64,000 nucleotides of DNA from Elusimicrobiota bacterium (GTDB lineage Bacteria; Elusimicrobiota; Endomicrobiia; Endomicrobiales; JBDRNC01), in contig JBDRNC010000035.1 of assembly GCA_043811535.1 (NCBI GenBank), forward strand, positions 1 to 64,000, in the 5' to 3' direction. Of this stretch, positions 62,657 through 64,000 are shown in pieces; positions within the stretch are counted from its first letter, which is position 1, and the number at the start of each line of letters is the position of its first letter. Below the pieces are notes generated by a model. The model worked only from the letters and a program-made list of their open reading frames with translations, searched no databases and had not been told where the DNA came from. The position numbers and the translations under genes were made by a program.

Positions 62657-63538
62657 ATGCCCCCACAGTTGATAGTTGTATTGGTAGTGCTTGCCGTGAT
62701 CTATATTTTTCGCGCGATAAGGATCGTGCAACAGTATGAAAAAGGGCTTGTAGAGACTCTCGGGCAGTATTCCCACACCGCTGAACCGGGATTGGCAATA
62801 ATATTCCCGCCGTTCCAGCGCCTGCGGAAAATAGATGTGAGAGAACAGGTAATCGACGTCCCGCCGCAAGGAGTGATAACGAAAGACAATGTGCAGGTTG
62901 TAGTTGACGCAGTCATATATTTCCAGATAAGCGACCCGAAAAGGGTTGTTTATAACGTCGCGAATTTCGCCCTGGCCGCTTTGAAGCTAGCGCAGACGAA
63001 CCTTAGAAACGTCATCGGCGACATGGAACTTGACCAAACCCTTACTTCGCGCGAAAAAATAAATACCCAGCTGCGTGAGGTGCTTGACGAGGCGACCGAT
63101 GCCTGGGGAGTAAAAGTCACAAGGGTGGAGATCCAGAAAATAGACCCTCCGGTAGACATTACCGACTCTATGTCGAAACAAATGAAAGCCGAGCGCGAGA
63201 AAAGGGCTGCGATCATAGAGGGAGAAGGTTTCAGGCAATCCAACATATTGAAAGCCGAAGGCTTGAAACAGGCGGCTATCCTGGAATCCGAGGGGAGAGC
63301 GGAAGCAATAAAAAGAGTGGCTGATGCGGAAAAGTACCAGATAGAAATTGTTTACACCGCGATACATTCCGGGAAACCTACAAACGACCTTATCGCTATA
63401 AAATATCTTGAAACGCTGGCAAAAGTCGCCAACGGTCAGGCGACCAAGATATTTCTGCCCCTTGAGTCAAGCGGAGTGTTAAGCTCAATTGCGGGAATAG
63501 CGGAACTTTTCAAAGAGAAACAGGAGAACAAAAAATAA
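62657..63538 (+). CDS. SPFH/Band-7 (stomatin/QmcA-like) protein
   Basis: ITKDNV, TNLRNVIG..ELD..L.SR, WGVKVTRVEI, QMKAERE.RA. Confidence 0.93.
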   Translation: MPPQLIVVLVVLAVIYIFRAIRIVQQYEKGLVETLGQYSHTAEPGLAIIFPPFQRLRKIDVREQVIDVPPQGVITKDNVQVVVDAVIYFQISDPKRVVYNVANFALAALKLAQTNLRNVIGDMELDQTLTSREKINTQLREVLDEATDAWGVKVTRVEIQKIDPPVDITDSMSKQMKAEREKRAAIIEGEGFRQSNILKAEGLKQAAILESEGRAEAIKRVADAEKYQIEIVYTAIHSGKPTNDLIAIKYLETLAKVANGQATKIFLPLESSGVLSSIAGIAELFKEKQENKK

Positions 63539-63645
63539 ATTCAAATGACAAAGCACAAATAACAAAATGAATTTAAAATATTAAAATCAAAAATGTTTTG
63601 TGCTTTAATATTATCGTTATATTTTGACATTTGAATTTTGGATTT
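63537..63645. repeat. Heptamer-array element (uninterrupted copy)
   Basis: CAAATGA CAAAGCA CAAATAA ... TTTGACA TTTGAAT TTTGGAT; inverted homologue at 7025-7217. Confidence 0.8.
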
Positions 63646-63648
63646 TGC

Positions 63649-64000
63649 ATGATAGGTCTATACATTCATATCCCTTTCTGCAAGAAGAAATGCCGTTATT
63701 GCGATTTTGTTTCATTCCCCGGAAAACATGATCTGATACCGGCGTATCTTGAAGCGCTTTACACTGAATTGAAACGGTATTCCGGTCAATCGCTGGTTTC
63801 AATTTACGCGGGCGGAGGCACGCCTACGCTGCTTTCACCCGGGCAGGTAAGAGAATTGTTTGGCGCCATAAGGAATAGTTTCAATTGCATTCATCTGTCC
63901 GAAATAACTTTCGAGGCGAATCCGGAATCCTTAAGCGAAGAAAAACTTGGCGCGCTTAAAGTCGAAGGAGTGAACCGCCTGAGCATAGGCGCGCAGTCGT
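63649..64000 (+). CDS. hemW: Radical SAM heme chaperone HemW/HemN-like (partial, runs off the window; missing from ORF track)
   Basis: Manual translation MIGLYIHIPFCKKKCRYCDF...YAGGGTPTLL...EITFEANP...GVNRLSIGAQS. Confidence 0.9.
   Translation, partial: MIGLYIHIPFCKKKCRYCDFVSFPGKHDLIPAYLEALYTELKRYSGQSLVSIYAGGGTPTLLSPGQVRELFGAIRNSFNCIHLSEITFEANPESLSEEKLGALKVEGVNRLSIGAQS

Noticed and set aside
505..63367. Numerous minus-strand and alternative-frame ORFs in the six-frame track (e.g. 1263-2057, 19004-19732, 32473-33336, 51441-52403)
   Set aside because: They lie antisense to or inside well-supported genes and show no recognisable motifs; treated as shadow ORFs

Overview
Core-genome stretch of a diderm bacterium. 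Gene content (LPS/Kdo/Lpt together with HprK-RapZ-YvcK and DUF4912/GH57) resembles Elusimicrobiota-type lineages; this is inference only. About 67 credible CDSs all lie on the + strand: alpha-glucan metabolism (DUF4912, two GH57), a GAF/HD-GYP protein, rsmI, argC/argJ, tsaC-LMWPTP-glyA-wecA, a solo IS200-type tnpA, a queuosine/Sec cluster (queH, queA, tgt, yajC, secD, secF, two paralogous HD proteins), a large LPS core/Kdo/lipid A/Lpt cluster, hpf-ptsN-hprK-rapZ-yvcK, a mannose-family PTS interrupted by a GH57 gene, ptsH/ptsI, lepA-lepB, nfeD-SPFH and a partial hemW. I found no rRNA, tRNA or CRISPR array. The most unusual signal is non-coding: most larger intergenic gaps hold small structured elements. 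These are (i) inverted arrays of 7/8/9-mer repeats, two of which are the same ~110-bp element in opposite orientations, one with a nested insert; (ii) two dispersed 120-165-bp families with compensatory base changes; (iii) a four-copy scaffold with an exchangeable hairpin that ends at an RBS; (iv) TIR-bounded MITE-like elements; (v) a non-autonomous IS200/IS605-like element. Several of them supply start codons, stop codons or RBSs to neighbouring housekeeping genes. All alignments and identities were done by eye and need computational confirmation.
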